Shown here in pieces: positions 1 to 8,696 of a stretch of 64,000 bases of DNA (its first letter is position 1; every line of letters starts with the position of its first letter). Under the pieces are notes generated by a model. The model saw only the letters and a program-made list of their open reading frames with translations. It was not told where the DNA came from and searched no databases. The stretch lies in contig JAUQPB010000001.1 in NCBI GenBank assembly GCA_030550585.1, positions 544,001 to 608,000 of the forward strand, given 5' to 3'. The position numbers were made by a program, and so were the translations under genes. Origin of the DNA: Thermoproteota archaeon. Its GTDB lineage: Archaea; Thermoproteota; Thermoprotei_A; Sulfolobales; Ignisphaeraceae.

Positions 1-84
1 ATATAGCATATACTTCCTTGGTTCTTGGAACACCCACCCAACATAGATCTAGCATATTTTGGAATTGTATTGGATTTGCTAAGG

Positions 85-360
85 CTATTTTCTTCCAATA
101 GATATCTTTATATATGAGACTCTTCTTCCCCGTACCAACATGCTTCCTATTTCAACATTTTTAAGGACTATCCTATCACCAAGTCTTGCAGCCAATGTGT
201 TGTATAACGTAACAGCTCTATGGATATGCCTCCCTCTGCCAAGTATCTCAACAGAATCAGCATCTCTATTAAGGCTTATTATAGCTTCTAGCAAATATTC
301 TCTTAGTGGCCTATTTCCAAGTACAATAGTTTTTATGTTGCCTGATGGCGTTGCACTCAT
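85..360 (-). CDS. Alba-family DNA/RNA-binding protein (divergent, Alba2-like)
   Basis: 91 aa; IVLGNRPLREY, ILGRGRHIHRAV, VEIGS...VSYIKI match the Alba pattern (GKKP..NY / ARGRAISKAV / IGS..VS.IEI). Confidence 0.85.
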   Translation of the reverse strand: MSATPSGNIKTIVLGNRPLREYLLEAIISLNRDADSVEILGRGRHIHRAVTLYNTLAARLGDRIVLKNVEIGSMLVRGRRVSYIKISIGRK

Positions 361-499
361 TCTGTGACCCTCCTAGGTAATTGTAATAATGTAAATTGTG
401 TATAGAAATATAAACTTATGATTTTTATCGTATATGTTATGTTGTTATAGACTTTAAAGCAAGTCTCTAGACATTCTATGTTATGAGAGGTGTAGGGCT

Positions 500-1081
500 A
501 TAGAGAATAGAAATTTTCTCGTACTAACTTGGAACGATATAGTGGCACTTAGCTTAGAGCTATCAGAGAAAATTCTCTTGTCAGGTTTTAGACCAGGTGT
601 GATAGTAGCCATTCTTAGAGGAGGCTACATAGTGGCAAAGCTTGTCAGCGACTATCTCGGTGTAGAGGATATAGCTACAATGGAAATAAAATTCTATAGA
701 GGTGTTGGAGAACGAGCAGAAAGACCTATCGTATCAACACCACTTATACGTAGTATAAAAGATGAGAAGGTGCTTATAGTAGATGATGTTTCAGACAGTG
801 GGAGAACTCTTCAAGTAGCCATAGACATTGCAAGAATTTATGGTGCCAAAGAAGTTAAAACAGCCACCTTATACCTAAAGCCATGGTCTATAACAGTACC
901 AGACTACTACGTTGCGGAAACGAAAAGTTGGATAGTCTTCCCATGGGAGGTAAGCGAAGTTCTAAGAGAATTAGCAAAGAAGTTTGGAGGCTTTGAAAAT
1001 GCTGTGAATATGCTCAATCTAGAGATGTATTACAGCAAAGAGGTAATAGAAAAGATAGTGAGAATAGCGAGAGCCCTATAG
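500..1081 (+). CDS. Purine phosphoribosyltransferase (type I PRT)
   Basis: ILRGG and PRPP loop VLIVDDVSDSGRTL, WIVFPWE; start extended from GTG542 to ATA500 (GAGGTG RBS) to include conserved LTWNDI. Confidence 0.88.
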   Translation: MENRNFLVLTWNDIVALSLELSEKILLSGFRPGVIVAILRGGYIVAKLVSDYLGVEDIATMEIKFYRGVGERAERPIVSTPLIRSIKDEKVLIVDDVSDSGRTLQVAIDIARIYGAKEVKTATLYLKPWSITVPDYYVAETKSWIVFPWEVSEVLRELAKKFGGFENAVNMLNLEMYYSKEVIEKIVRIARAL

Positions 1082-1127
1082 CAAACATTAAAGCTTAAAG
1101 CCCCTACACACAACAACAAAGATTAGT

Positions 1128-1205
1128 GCCGCGGTAGTATAGCCCGGTCAAGTATGCGGGCCTTTCGAGCCCGTGACCCGGGTTCAAATCCCGGCCGCGG
1201 CACCA
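1128..1205 (+). tRNA. tRNA-Glu(TTC), CCA encoded
   Basis: Acceptor GCCGCGG/CCGCGGC, anticodon arm CGGGC-CT TTC GA-GCCCG, GGTTCAAATCC T-loop, ends ACCA. Confidence 0.97.
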
Positions 1206-1529
1206 AAAAGCCAAAGCAATCAATTATAACAATCATTTCCTAGTCTAAACATTAAAGTAGGGTAGGAGATTTGCTATCATCATCTATTTAGATAAGGTTG
1301 TACACAGCCTTCGGCAGTCAGCGTTTCAAAAACCGTCGATAACCGATAGCTGTTGAATCAAGTGTAAATGTTTGCTGAGGGGTATGAGATATGACAATCG
1401 TCGATGCAAGACCTGGATGCGCAATGCTTTGGTTTGTGATGTGATGCTAATAGTTATTTATATCTGCATAATTTTGTATGTATAAGACTTATTTATGTAT
1501 TTAAAGTTATGAATGGATGTGCAATATAG

Positions 1530-1615
1530 ATTGTTTATACAGGCAAACAATTTTGTATAATTTTTTTTAAAACTTTATTTGTTTTTGTATAGGGTATACA
1601 CGAAAAGCCTTTATT
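1530..1615 (+). promoter_or_regulatory. Hydrogenase operon promoter with palindromic putative regulator sites
   Basis: BRE/TATA-like CGAAAAGCC-TTTATT 1601-1615; TGTATA-GGG-TATACA 1586-1600; ATTGTTT-N8-AAACAAT 1530-1551. Confidence 0.5.
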
Positions 1616-1659
1616 CTGCGCTTATCTCACTCAGCTTAGGGCATTTATCGGGAAATAAT

Positions 1660-2100
1660 ATGGATAATGCTAAGCTAGTGAGATATTCACCATGGGTTGT
1701 ACACTTCAATACTGGTGCATGCAATGGTTGTGACATAGAGGTTCTTGCGTCTATAAACCCTCTTTATGATCCTGAGAGGTTTGGGATAAAGCTTGCACCT
1801 AGTATTAGGCATGGAGATATTTTGATTGTTACAGGTGCTGTTACTAAGAAGTCTGGTGAAAGACTCAAGCGACTGTATGAGCAGATGCCCTGTCCAAAGC
1901 TTGTTGTTGCTGTTGGAGCATGTGCTATCGATGGCGGTGTTTTTGCAAATTCTTATAGTGTTATTGGAGGTGCTGATAAGGTTGTTCCTGTGAACATGTA
2001 TATTCCTGGCTGCCCCCCAAGACCTGAGGCAATTCTTGATGGCATTGTCAAGCTTCTTAAACTTATTGAGAAGGGTGAGGCTAGTGGAGAGTGTAAATGA
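1660..2100 (+). CDS. mbhJ: Group 4 [NiFe]-hydrogenase small subunit (MbhJ/NuoB-like)
   Basis: GACNGCDIE, GACAIDGG, IPGCPPRPE Fe-S motifs; start taken at ATG1660. Confidence 0.92.
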   Translation: MDNAKLVRYSPWVVHFNTGACNGCDIEVLASINPLYDPERFGIKLAPSIRHGDILIVTGAVTKKSGERLKRLYEQMPCPKLVVAVGACAIDGGVFANSYSVIGGADKVVPVNMYIPGCPPRPEAILDGIVKLLKLIEKGEASGECK

Positions 2101-2539
2101 TGTTATAAAGATTGTTGAGAGATATGCTGTTGAGAAAGGCTCTATCAAACCTGATCGAATGCTTTTTGTTGTAAAGCCCGAAAGCGTGAGAAAGCTGTTT
2201 GAGGAGCTTGTTGATAAGGTTGGCTATGAACGGTTTTATCTGTCAACTGTTGTTGGGTCTGATATGAAAGAAGAGAATAGGTTTAGACTGGATTACTATG
2301 TTGTTATATTGCCAGAGGAGAGAACGATTGTCATAAGAACGTATATACCAAGAGATCAGCCGGTTATTGATAGCATCGTAGATGTTGTTCCAGCAGCTTT
2401 ATCAGCTGAGAATGAAACATATGACCTGCTTGGAATTGTATTCAAGGGTAATCCAGCTCTTAGAAGAGGATTTTTTGTATCTAGCGATGTTGTGGATAAG
2501 GGGGTGTATCCACTTAGAAAAGATGCTGCAGGTGTCTAG
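2084..2539 (+). CDS. mbhK: Hydrogenase subunit MbhK (NuoC-like)
   Basis: ENETYDLLGIVFKGNP and YPLRKD NuoC motifs; GTG start overlapping the previous gene. Confidence 0.88.
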   Translation: MESVNDVIKIVERYAVEKGSIKPDRMLFVVKPESVRKLFEELVDKVGYERFYLSTVVGSDMKEENRFRLDYYVVILPEERTIVIRTYIPRDQPVIDSIVDVVPAALSAENETYDLLGIVFKGNPALRRGFFVSSDVVDKGVYPLRKDAAGV

Positions 2540-2541
2540 AG

Positions 2542-3738
2542 ATGGCAGTTACAAAAATAGTGGAGGTTCCAATATCAGCAGAGGTTCCTATAGGTCCTCA
2601 GCATCCAGCGTTACATGAGCCACTGTTGCTAAGGGTCTATGCCGATGGCGAAGAGGTTGTCAGGGTAGAGATAAACACTGGGTATAACCACAGAGGTATT
2701 GAGAAGCTCTGTGAGAAGAACACTTTCTACAAAGATATATTTATTGTTGGTAGAGTGTGTGGAATATGCAATGCGGTTCACGCTAACTGCTATGTTAGAG
2801 CAGTCGAACAAATACTTGGAATAGAGCCGAACAACAGAGCTAAATATCTTCGTGTTCTTTCCATGGAGCTAGAGAGAATACATAGCCACATGCTGATAAA
2901 CGCTGTAATGGCTGAAAACATAGGCTTTGAAAATCTGTTCATGCAGATAATGTTAGATAGGGAAATGGTTATGAAGGCAAAGGAAATACTGACTGGCTCT
3001 AGGGTGATGGCAGATTTCATGATGGTTGGTGGGGTTCGCCGTGATATAGATGATGTGAAGAGGGCTAGGTTAAAGGATATTTTGCTCAAGTTGAGACCAA
3101 AGGTAGAGTACTACAAAAAGGTTTTTGAGGAGGACGAAACGATTTTCAAAAGACTTGCAGGAGTTGGGGTAGTCAAACGTAGAGATGCGCTTGCACACGG
3201 ACTTTTAGGACCTGTTGCGAGGGCCTCGGGAATTAGGATAGATAGCAGGGCTAGCGACAAGTATGATGCCTATGGCGATATACCGTTTAAGGTTATTACA
3301 AGAGACGAGGGGGATACATGGGCTAGAATGATGGTTAGATGGGATGAAACACTCGAATCAATTGAAATGAGCATCTATATTCTGGATAAACTACCCTCCG
3401 ATGGCAATCCAGTGCCTGACGAGAGAAAGTTGCCACGTAGATTCCCTCCAGGAGAGGCCTTCACAAGGGTAGAGGCTCCAAGAGGCGAATTGACATACTA
3501 TGTTATGAGCGATGGAAAGAGTCTTAACCCATACAGAGTTAAGATCAGGACACCAAGTTTCAACAACATCATAAACTCTACATTCATGTATCTAAAGCAC
3601 ACCATAGCAGATGTCCCAGTAATACTCACTTCGCTAGATCCCTGCATATCGTGTATGGAGAGGGCAACAGTAATTGATTTGGAAAAGGGCGTGAAATACA
3701 CAGTTCCATTCAAAGTACTTGCAGGTGGAAAGCCATGA
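2542..3738 (+). CDS. mbhL: Group 4 [NiFe]-hydrogenase large subunit (MbhL)
   Basis: GPQHP, GYNHRGIEK, L1 RVCGIC and L2 DPCISC (all four Ni-ligating Cys), EAPRGE; C-terminal extension after CMER. Confidence 0.93.
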   Translation: MAVTKIVEVPISAEVPIGPQHPALHEPLLLRVYADGEEVVRVEINTGYNHRGIEKLCEKNTFYKDIFIVGRVCGICNAVHANCYVRAVEQILGIEPNNRAKYLRVLSMELERIHSHMLINAVMAENIGFENLFMQIMLDREMVMKAKEILTGSRVMADFMMVGGVRRDIDDVKRARLKDILLKLRPKVEYYKKVFEEDETIFKRLAGVGVVKRRDALAHGLLGPVARASGIRIDSRASDKYDAYGDIPFKVITRDEGDTWARMMVRWDETLESIEMSIYILDKLPSDGNPVPDERKLPRRFPPGEAFTRVEAPRGELTYYVMSDGKSLNPYRVKIRTPSFNNIINSTFMYLKHTIADVPVILTSLDPCISCMERATVIDLEKGVKYTVPFKVLAGGKP

Positions 3739-4130
3739 GAAGACCAAGATTATTGGAACTCACTCTGAAGAACCTATTCAGAAAGCCTGCAACCATAGAA
3801 TACCCACGTAAGAAAACGCCTGTTGAATCTGACTATAGGGGGTTACAATATGCGGATCTAACAAAGTGTACAGGGTGCTCTATATGTGCATTGGAGTGTC
3901 CTGCGAATGCAATTGCTATGACCCCTATACCACAAGGTTATGAAGCTCCGAAAACAAATCCGCGTAGACTTTATCCACTTATAAACTATGGAAAATGTGT
4001 TTTTTGTTATAGATGTGTAACAGTATGCCCATTTAACGCTTATATTACTACGCCCAAGTATGATCTTGCAAACGCTGAAAAAACTATTAATTCGAGCCCT
4101 CTTTCGTTAAGCACACTTAGGAAGGGTTAG
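3735..4130 (+). CDS. mbhN: Hydrogenase 2x[4Fe-4S] subunit (MbhN/NuoI-like)
   Basis: CTGCSICALECP and CVFCYRCVTVCP; ATIEYP. Confidence 0.9.
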   Translation: MRRPRLLELTLKNLFRKPATIEYPRKKTPVESDYRGLQYADLTKCTGCSICALECPANAIAMTPIPQGYEAPKTNPRRLYPLINYGKCVFCYRCVTVCPFNAYITTPKYDLANAEKTINSSPLSLSTLRKG

Positions 4131-4135
4131 CGCAG

Positions 4136-4405
4136 ATGATAGCAGAAATAATATTGGCGGTAATAATCATCTACATTATATCCATAATTTTGCTAGTCAT
4201 TAAAGCCATTAAGGGTCCTACTATTGGAGACCAGGTGCTTGCCATAGATGTAATCACATATATTACCGTAGTTCTCTTTGTGCTAACATCGATATATATG
4301 AAGGCGGCTCTTCTGATAGTAATTGCTATACCCCTTGCTCTGTGGATCTACGCTCTCGATATTTATATTGCAAAATATTTGGAGGAGGGTGATCTGGGTG
4401 CTTAG
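4136..4405 (+). CDS. mrpF: Mrp antiporter subunit F (MbhB)
   Basis: 3-TM protein with KGPTIGDQVLAID motif. Confidence 0.88.
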   Translation: MIAEIILAVIIIYIISIILLVIKAIKGPTIGDQVLAIDVITYITVVLFVLTSIYMKAALLIVIAIPLALWIYALDIYIAKYLEEGDLGA

Positions 4406-4769
4406 CATAGAAGCTGTTTTAAGGGGTGTTGGCGCAGCTCTTCTATGTCTTGGAGCCTTTGCTGGTTTGGTATCAGCAATAGGATTCTATAGGTTCAAGA
4501 ACTTTTATTTGAGATTGCATGCAGCGACGGTGGGTACGATATGGGGCTGTGTCTTCCCATTGATTGGCGCATCATTAATATCTGTGACTATGGATGAGCT
4601 TGGAGAGGTTAAGTGGTTCGCTGCAGGTGCAAGCATCGTTACAGCAGCTATAGTATTTCTGCTAGCACCAGCAGGTTCACACGCACTTGCCAGGGCTGTT
4701 CATAGGGCCCATGTGGCAAGGGTACAGCCATGTATATCAGATGCTCTTGATCCAAATCTTTGTGGGTGA
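4398..4769 (+). CDS. mrpG: Mrp antiporter subunit G (MbhC)
   Basis: GFYRFKNFYLRLHAAT, APAGSHALARA. Confidence 0.9.
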   Translation: MLSIEAVLRGVGAALLCLGAFAGLVSAIGFYRFKNFYLRLHAATVGTIWGCVFPLIGASLISVTMDELGEVKWFAAGASIVTAAIVFLLAPAGSHALARAVHRAHVARVQPCISDALDPNLCG

Positions 4770-5038
4770 TGTGGAGAATGATTGCTGAAACAATAATATA
4801 TCTGATAATGGCTTGCACAAGCATAGCATCAACAATAGCTGTGTACTTGACTATAAAGGAGAAGGATCTCGTCAAAGCAGTTATATACTCAGCTCTTCAA
4901 AGTGCGCTTTACACAATAATATACTTCCTGCTCCTCACTCCTGACGTGGTTCTGGTATACCTACCTGTAGCTGTTGGTCTAATACCAGGGGTTTTTCTGA
5001 TACTAATCAGCAAAACTGAGAGGTGGGAAAAAGAATGA
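4769..5038 (+). CDS. mbhD: MbhD-like membrane subunit (MrpB N-terminal/DUF4040)
   Basis: KDLVKAVIYSA...LLLTPDVVL pattern; operon position. Confidence 0.8.
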   Translation: MWRMIAETIIYLIMACTSIASTIAVYLTIKEKDLVKAVIYSALQSALYTIIYFLLLTPDVVLVYLPVAVGLIPGVFLILISKTERWEKE

Positions 5039-5814
5039 GGGCAGTCGAGATAGTTGTACTCATATCCATAATACTTGGCTTCGCACTTCTACTGACATTG
5101 GGTTATCAATATCTTGTGCCAGCAGATGATATAAGGGCTTTAGCCAAGTTCTATTTGCTAACAACATATTTCAATCCAAATTACACATATACAGCAGGCG
5201 CAACAGAAAGCGTTACAGCTATTGTATGGGACTACAGAGGGCTCGATACATTGTTTGAGACAACGGTATTCTACATAGCCTTGGCCGGCTGTCTCATTCT
5301 CGCTCGAGGGCTCTATAAAGAAGAGAAAGAAGCGTCAAAACCTGGTTCTGGTCTGTCTGTCATCGTTAGAAGTGTAACCAAGATTACAGCACCCATGATA
5401 ATAGCAGTAGGTGTTTCAATTGCTTTGCACGGACATCTAACACCAGGCGGAGGATTCCAGGGAGGAGCAACGATGGCCGTTCTACCACTTCTAATAATAG
5501 TGATCTTCTCACTAACACCCCTAATTAAGCGCGGCTTTACACCCTCCAGACTCGCAATAATAAGGGGGCTTGCCTTGACGGGAATAGGGCTAGTCTCCAT
5601 CATACTGGCTGTGATAGGCTTGGTGTTAGGTATCAACGCATATGTGTTTCAGAGTTTGCCAAAGCCTGACGCACCACTTGGTTTCCCATCTGAAGTTGAA
5701 GGAGCTCTGATGGGCGGAATACTATGGTTTTTCAACTTATTTGAATCTATAGCTGTTGTAGCAGCATTTACAATCGCTTTCATCGCAATCCTCCTCATAG
5801 AATCGAAGAGGTGA
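5035..5814 (+). CDS. mrpB: MrpB-like subunit (MbhE+MbhF regions in one ORF)
   Basis: VTAIVWDYRGLDTLFE plus HGHLTPGGGFQGG. Confidence 0.88.
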   Translation: MRAVEIVVLISIILGFALLLTLGYQYLVPADDIRALAKFYLLTTYFNPNYTYTAGATESVTAIVWDYRGLDTLFETTVFYIALAGCLILARGLYKEEKEASKPGSGLSVIVRSVTKITAPMIIAVGVSIALHGHLTPGGGFQGGATMAVLPLLIIVIFSLTPLIKRGFTPSRLAIIRGLALTGIGLVSIILAVIGLVLGINAYVFQSLPKPDAPLGFPSEVEGALMGGILWFFNLFESIAVVAAFTIAFIAILLIESKR

Positions 5815-6224
5815 TGCAAGTGGACATCTCAATAATAAACACCTATCTATTGATGGTAACACTTGTAGCAATGATAGCAAACTTTGTATTGTCTCTTTAT
5901 GGCGTTTTCTTCAAGCCTCATTACATTAAGAAGATCATCGCACTATCTATGCTCTCAGATACTGCAAATACCATTACACTATACATAGGCTATAGAAGAT
6001 GGGTAGATGGGGTTCCTCCAACAATACCTGTAATTACAAATAGAAGCATAGAGGGGATATATGATGTTGTCAGAAGATCTGTTGACCCATTACCTCCAGC
6101 ACTTGTACTAACAGCTGTAGTCATAGGACTTGCAACAACACTGTTTCTGGTATACCTCGGCTATATTTTGTATACTCATTACAAAACATTGGACATGAGG
6201 GAGATAAAACGGCTCAAAGGGTGA
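5811..6224 (+). CDS. mrpC: Mrp antiporter subunit C (MbhG)
   Basis: IKKIIAL, VDPLPPALVLTAVVIG. Confidence 0.9.
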   Translation: MMQVDISIINTYLLMVTLVAMIANFVLSLYGVFFKPHYIKKIIALSMLSDTANTITLYIGYRRWVDGVPPTIPVITNRSIEGIYDVVRRSVDPLPPALVLTAVVIGLATTLFLVYLGYILYTHYKTLDMREIKRLKG

Positions 6225-6231
6225 AGACCAT

Positions 6232-6735
6232 ATGAAAGCCCTCGGAGCCTTTATTGTGTTTCTCCTTGCATTTGTAACATACATAGTATTCACAGGTAGT
6301 ACATCACCATATGATATCGTTACAGGCTTTGTTGCCGCGCTGATAACGGGTCTAATATTTTCACATATAACTGTTAAAAACCCTGCCAAGGTGTTTAGTC
6401 CTCGTCGCTGGCTCTACGCAATTATCTATGCATTCAAATACATTATTGTGTATGAGACGCTGGCACATGTAGATGTAATAAAAAGGATACTACATCCTAA
6501 GGTGCCTGTGAACCCAGCGGTGGTGAAGGTACCATTCTATGTAAAGACAGGCTATGGCATTACAGCTGTTGCAAATAGCATAACAAATACCCCTGGCACT
6601 GTGGTTCTCGAGGTTGATCAAAATGAGGGTGTTTTCTATGTTCATTGGATAGATGCTAAAGTGCTAGAGCCTGTTGAGGCACGCAAGCAAGTTTCTGAAG
6701 CTTTTGAAGAATATTGTAAAAAGATTTTTGAGTAG
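6232..6735 (+). CDS. mrpE: Mrp antiporter subunit E (MbhA)
   Basis: ANSITNTPGT, YVHWID. Confidence 0.9.
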   Translation: MKALGAFIVFLLAFVTYIVFTGSTSPYDIVTGFVAALITGLIFSHITVKNPAKVFSPRRWLYAIIYAFKYIIVYETLAHVDVIKRILHPKVPVNPAVVKVPFYVKTGYGITAVANSITNTPGTVVLEVDQNEGVFYVHWIDAKVLEPVEARKQVSEAFEEYCKKIFE

Positions 6736-6739
6736 GGTG

Positions 6740-8335
6740 ATGGATATGGCCGATTACCTGTTACATATAGTTGGGATGGCCACACCAATTCTAGTTTTGT
6801 TGTCATTTGCAATACCAGTCATAAGCAAGGCATTCAAAAGTAAACGTGCACCGTTTGTGGCAGCTATGATAGGTGGTATATACGCTGCTGTAGCATCTGT
6901 GCTGGCTCTCTATATGGTTTACAAGGATAACAGTCCCCTGGTTTACATGTATGGAGGTTGGCCTCCACACTTTGGGATAGCCTATGAAATAGACTATTTT
7001 AATGGTCTCATAGGAGTCTTTACAGCTCTAACAATGTTAGCTATAATGCTCTACTCGCTTTGGTATGAGCACCATATAGATGAGCCAACATGGTACTTCG
7101 CGCTTCTCCTAGGGTTAGAGGCGGGCATTCTTGGATGCCTATACACGGGCGATGCATTCAACTTGTTTGTTATGATAGAAGTTCTAAGCATATCGGCATA
7201 TGGGTTGGTGGCATATCATAGAGATAGGCCAGAGGCTGTTGAGGCTGCGGCTAAATACATTTTAATAGGGGCTGTTGCCACAATAATGTATTTTATAGCA
7301 GTAGTTCTACTTTATGCAGGATTTGGCACTGTCAACATGGCTATACTATCTAGAATTGCGATGCGCCCAGAACTACCACAGTCACTAAAATATCTTGCAA
7401 TGTTATCGATTTCACTTGCGTTATGGGTCTTCACATATAAGTCAGCTTTATTCCCTAACCACTTCTGGCTTCCTGATGCCCATCCAGAGGCTCCTACACC
7501 AATCTCCGCTGCTCTTTCTGGTCTTGTTGTTAATGTAGGTGTTTATGCATCTGCAAGGTTTCTATACACGTTGTTTGGAGACGGCAGTGCCGTTTCTGGT
7601 TATAGAGAATTTGTGTTGCTAGCTCTATTTGTGCTTGGCACAGTAAGCGGGGTTCTAGGAGCTTTAATGATGATGATACAAAGAGATGTTAAGAGGCTGT
7701 TAGCATATAGCACAATATGCCATATAGGCATAATCTATGTAGGTCTTGCAGCAGGATTCGCAATTGGAAGTGCAGAAGCTGTTAAACTTGCTCTCATGGG
7801 AACATCAATTCATATTGTAGCACATGGCATCTCCAAGGCTGTTCTCTTTATGGCTAGCGGCATCTTCATAGATGCTACAGGTTCTAGAGACCTCGATGCG
7901 ATGAAGGGTGTCGGCAGAAGATATCCACTGGCGTCTCTATCGCTGATACTTGGGTTCCTAAATCTTGCTGGGCTAATACCGTTTATGGGCTTCTACTCAA
8001 AGCTTCTAATTGCTTTGAGCTATCTGAAGATAGGGTTTGTTCTAGGTACAATCCTAATTATAGTTATATCTGCTCTCTCCATACCAGGATACATGAAGGC
8101 TATTTCAGCTATAGTCTTTGGTGTTGGAGAAGCAAAGGAGGGTAGGGTTGCTGGGCGTTGGGTAGAGGTAATGCTTCTCATAATGTCTTTGTCGACACTA
8201 TTTATAGGCATATTCTTTCAACAAGCTGCATATATTTTTGACTATTCCTCCAATTCCTTGGTTTCAGGAGTTCAAAATTATGTAGATGCTGTTATTAAGA
8301 AAATACCTCCAGAACTGAGGGGGTGGATACCATGA
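6740..8335 (+). CDS. mrpD: MrpD/NuoM-like antiporter subunit (MbhH)
   Basis: GGWPP..GI, GDAFNLFVMIE, HFWLPDAHPEAPTPISAALSG, KRLLAYST; multi-TM. Confidence 0.92.
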   Translation: MDMADYLLHIVGMATPILVLLSFAIPVISKAFKSKRAPFVAAMIGGIYAAVASVLALYMVYKDNSPLVYMYGGWPPHFGIAYEIDYFNGLIGVFTALTMLAIMLYSLWYEHHIDEPTWYFALLLGLEAGILGCLYTGDAFNLFVMIEVLSISAYGLVAYHRDRPEAVEAAAKYILIGAVATIMYFIAVVLLYAGFGTVNMAILSRIAMRPELPQSLKYLAMLSISLALWVFTYKSALFPNHFWLPDAHPEAPTPISAALSGLVVNVGVYASARFLYTLFGDGSAVSGYREFVLLALFVLGTVSGVLGALMMMIQRDVKRLLAYSTICHIGIIYVGLAAGFAIGSAEAVKLALMGTSIHIVAHGISKAVLFMASGIFIDATGSRDLDAMKGVGRRYPLASLSLILGFLNLAGLIPFMGFYSKLLIALSYLKIGFVLGTILIIVISALSIPGYMKAISAIVFGVGEAKEGRVAGRWVEVMLLIMSLSTLFIGIFFQQAAYIFDYSSNSLVSGVQNYVDAVIKKIPPELRGWIP

Positions 8336-8691
8336 GAATAGCTAAGATAGTGGATCCTTTCACAGCTATATACCTAATAACAGTTTTCACTATAGCAATT
8401 CTAGCAGTAACCATAGCAGTATATTACACATTGAAGTCTAAGCGCGTTCGCATAACATCTGTTTATCTAGGTGGGGAACCCGAAAATGTTGTATCGATGA
8501 TAACGCCAAGTGTTGGAGCATTGTACTGGGGTTTTATGAAAAGATTTGCAAAGCATTTATATGAAGCTCTTGTCGAGAAAATACATACTGGCAGTCTACA
8601 TGATTGGCAGAAATTCATATCATCTTGGCTCGCCATACTAATTATAATCTCCATAATATCCTTTGTGCTATTCACTTTATTTGCAAGGTGA
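8332..8691 (+). CDS. MbhI-like membrane subunit
   Basis: N- and C-terminal TM helices, YLGGE, HTGSLHDW; sits between MrpD and NuoH homologs. Confidence 0.65.
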   Translation: MRIAKIVDPFTAIYLITVFTIAILAVTIAVYYTLKSKRVRITSVYLGGEPENVVSMITPSVGALYWGFMKRFAKHLYEALVEKIHTGSLHDWQKFISSWLAILIIISIISFVLFTLFAR

Positions 8692-8696
8692 CAAAA

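Noticed and set aside
1-55. Possible start of a minus-strand gene (MLDLCWVGVPRTKEVYAI...) running off the window
   Set aside because: Only 18 codons visible; cannot be supported
1128-1205. Near-identical 3' ends of tRNA-Glu and tRNA-Gly as att sites flanking a 49-kb element
   Set aside because: Ordinary T-arm/acceptor similarity between two full tRNAs; the enclosed genes are core
1230-1283. Minus-strand ATGATGA as a C/D sRNA
   Set aside because: No acceptable D'/D boxes at proper spacing and no recognisable target
2542-3738. Mbx/MBS sulfane reductase or complex I NuoD
   Set aside because: All four Ni-binding cysteines are present
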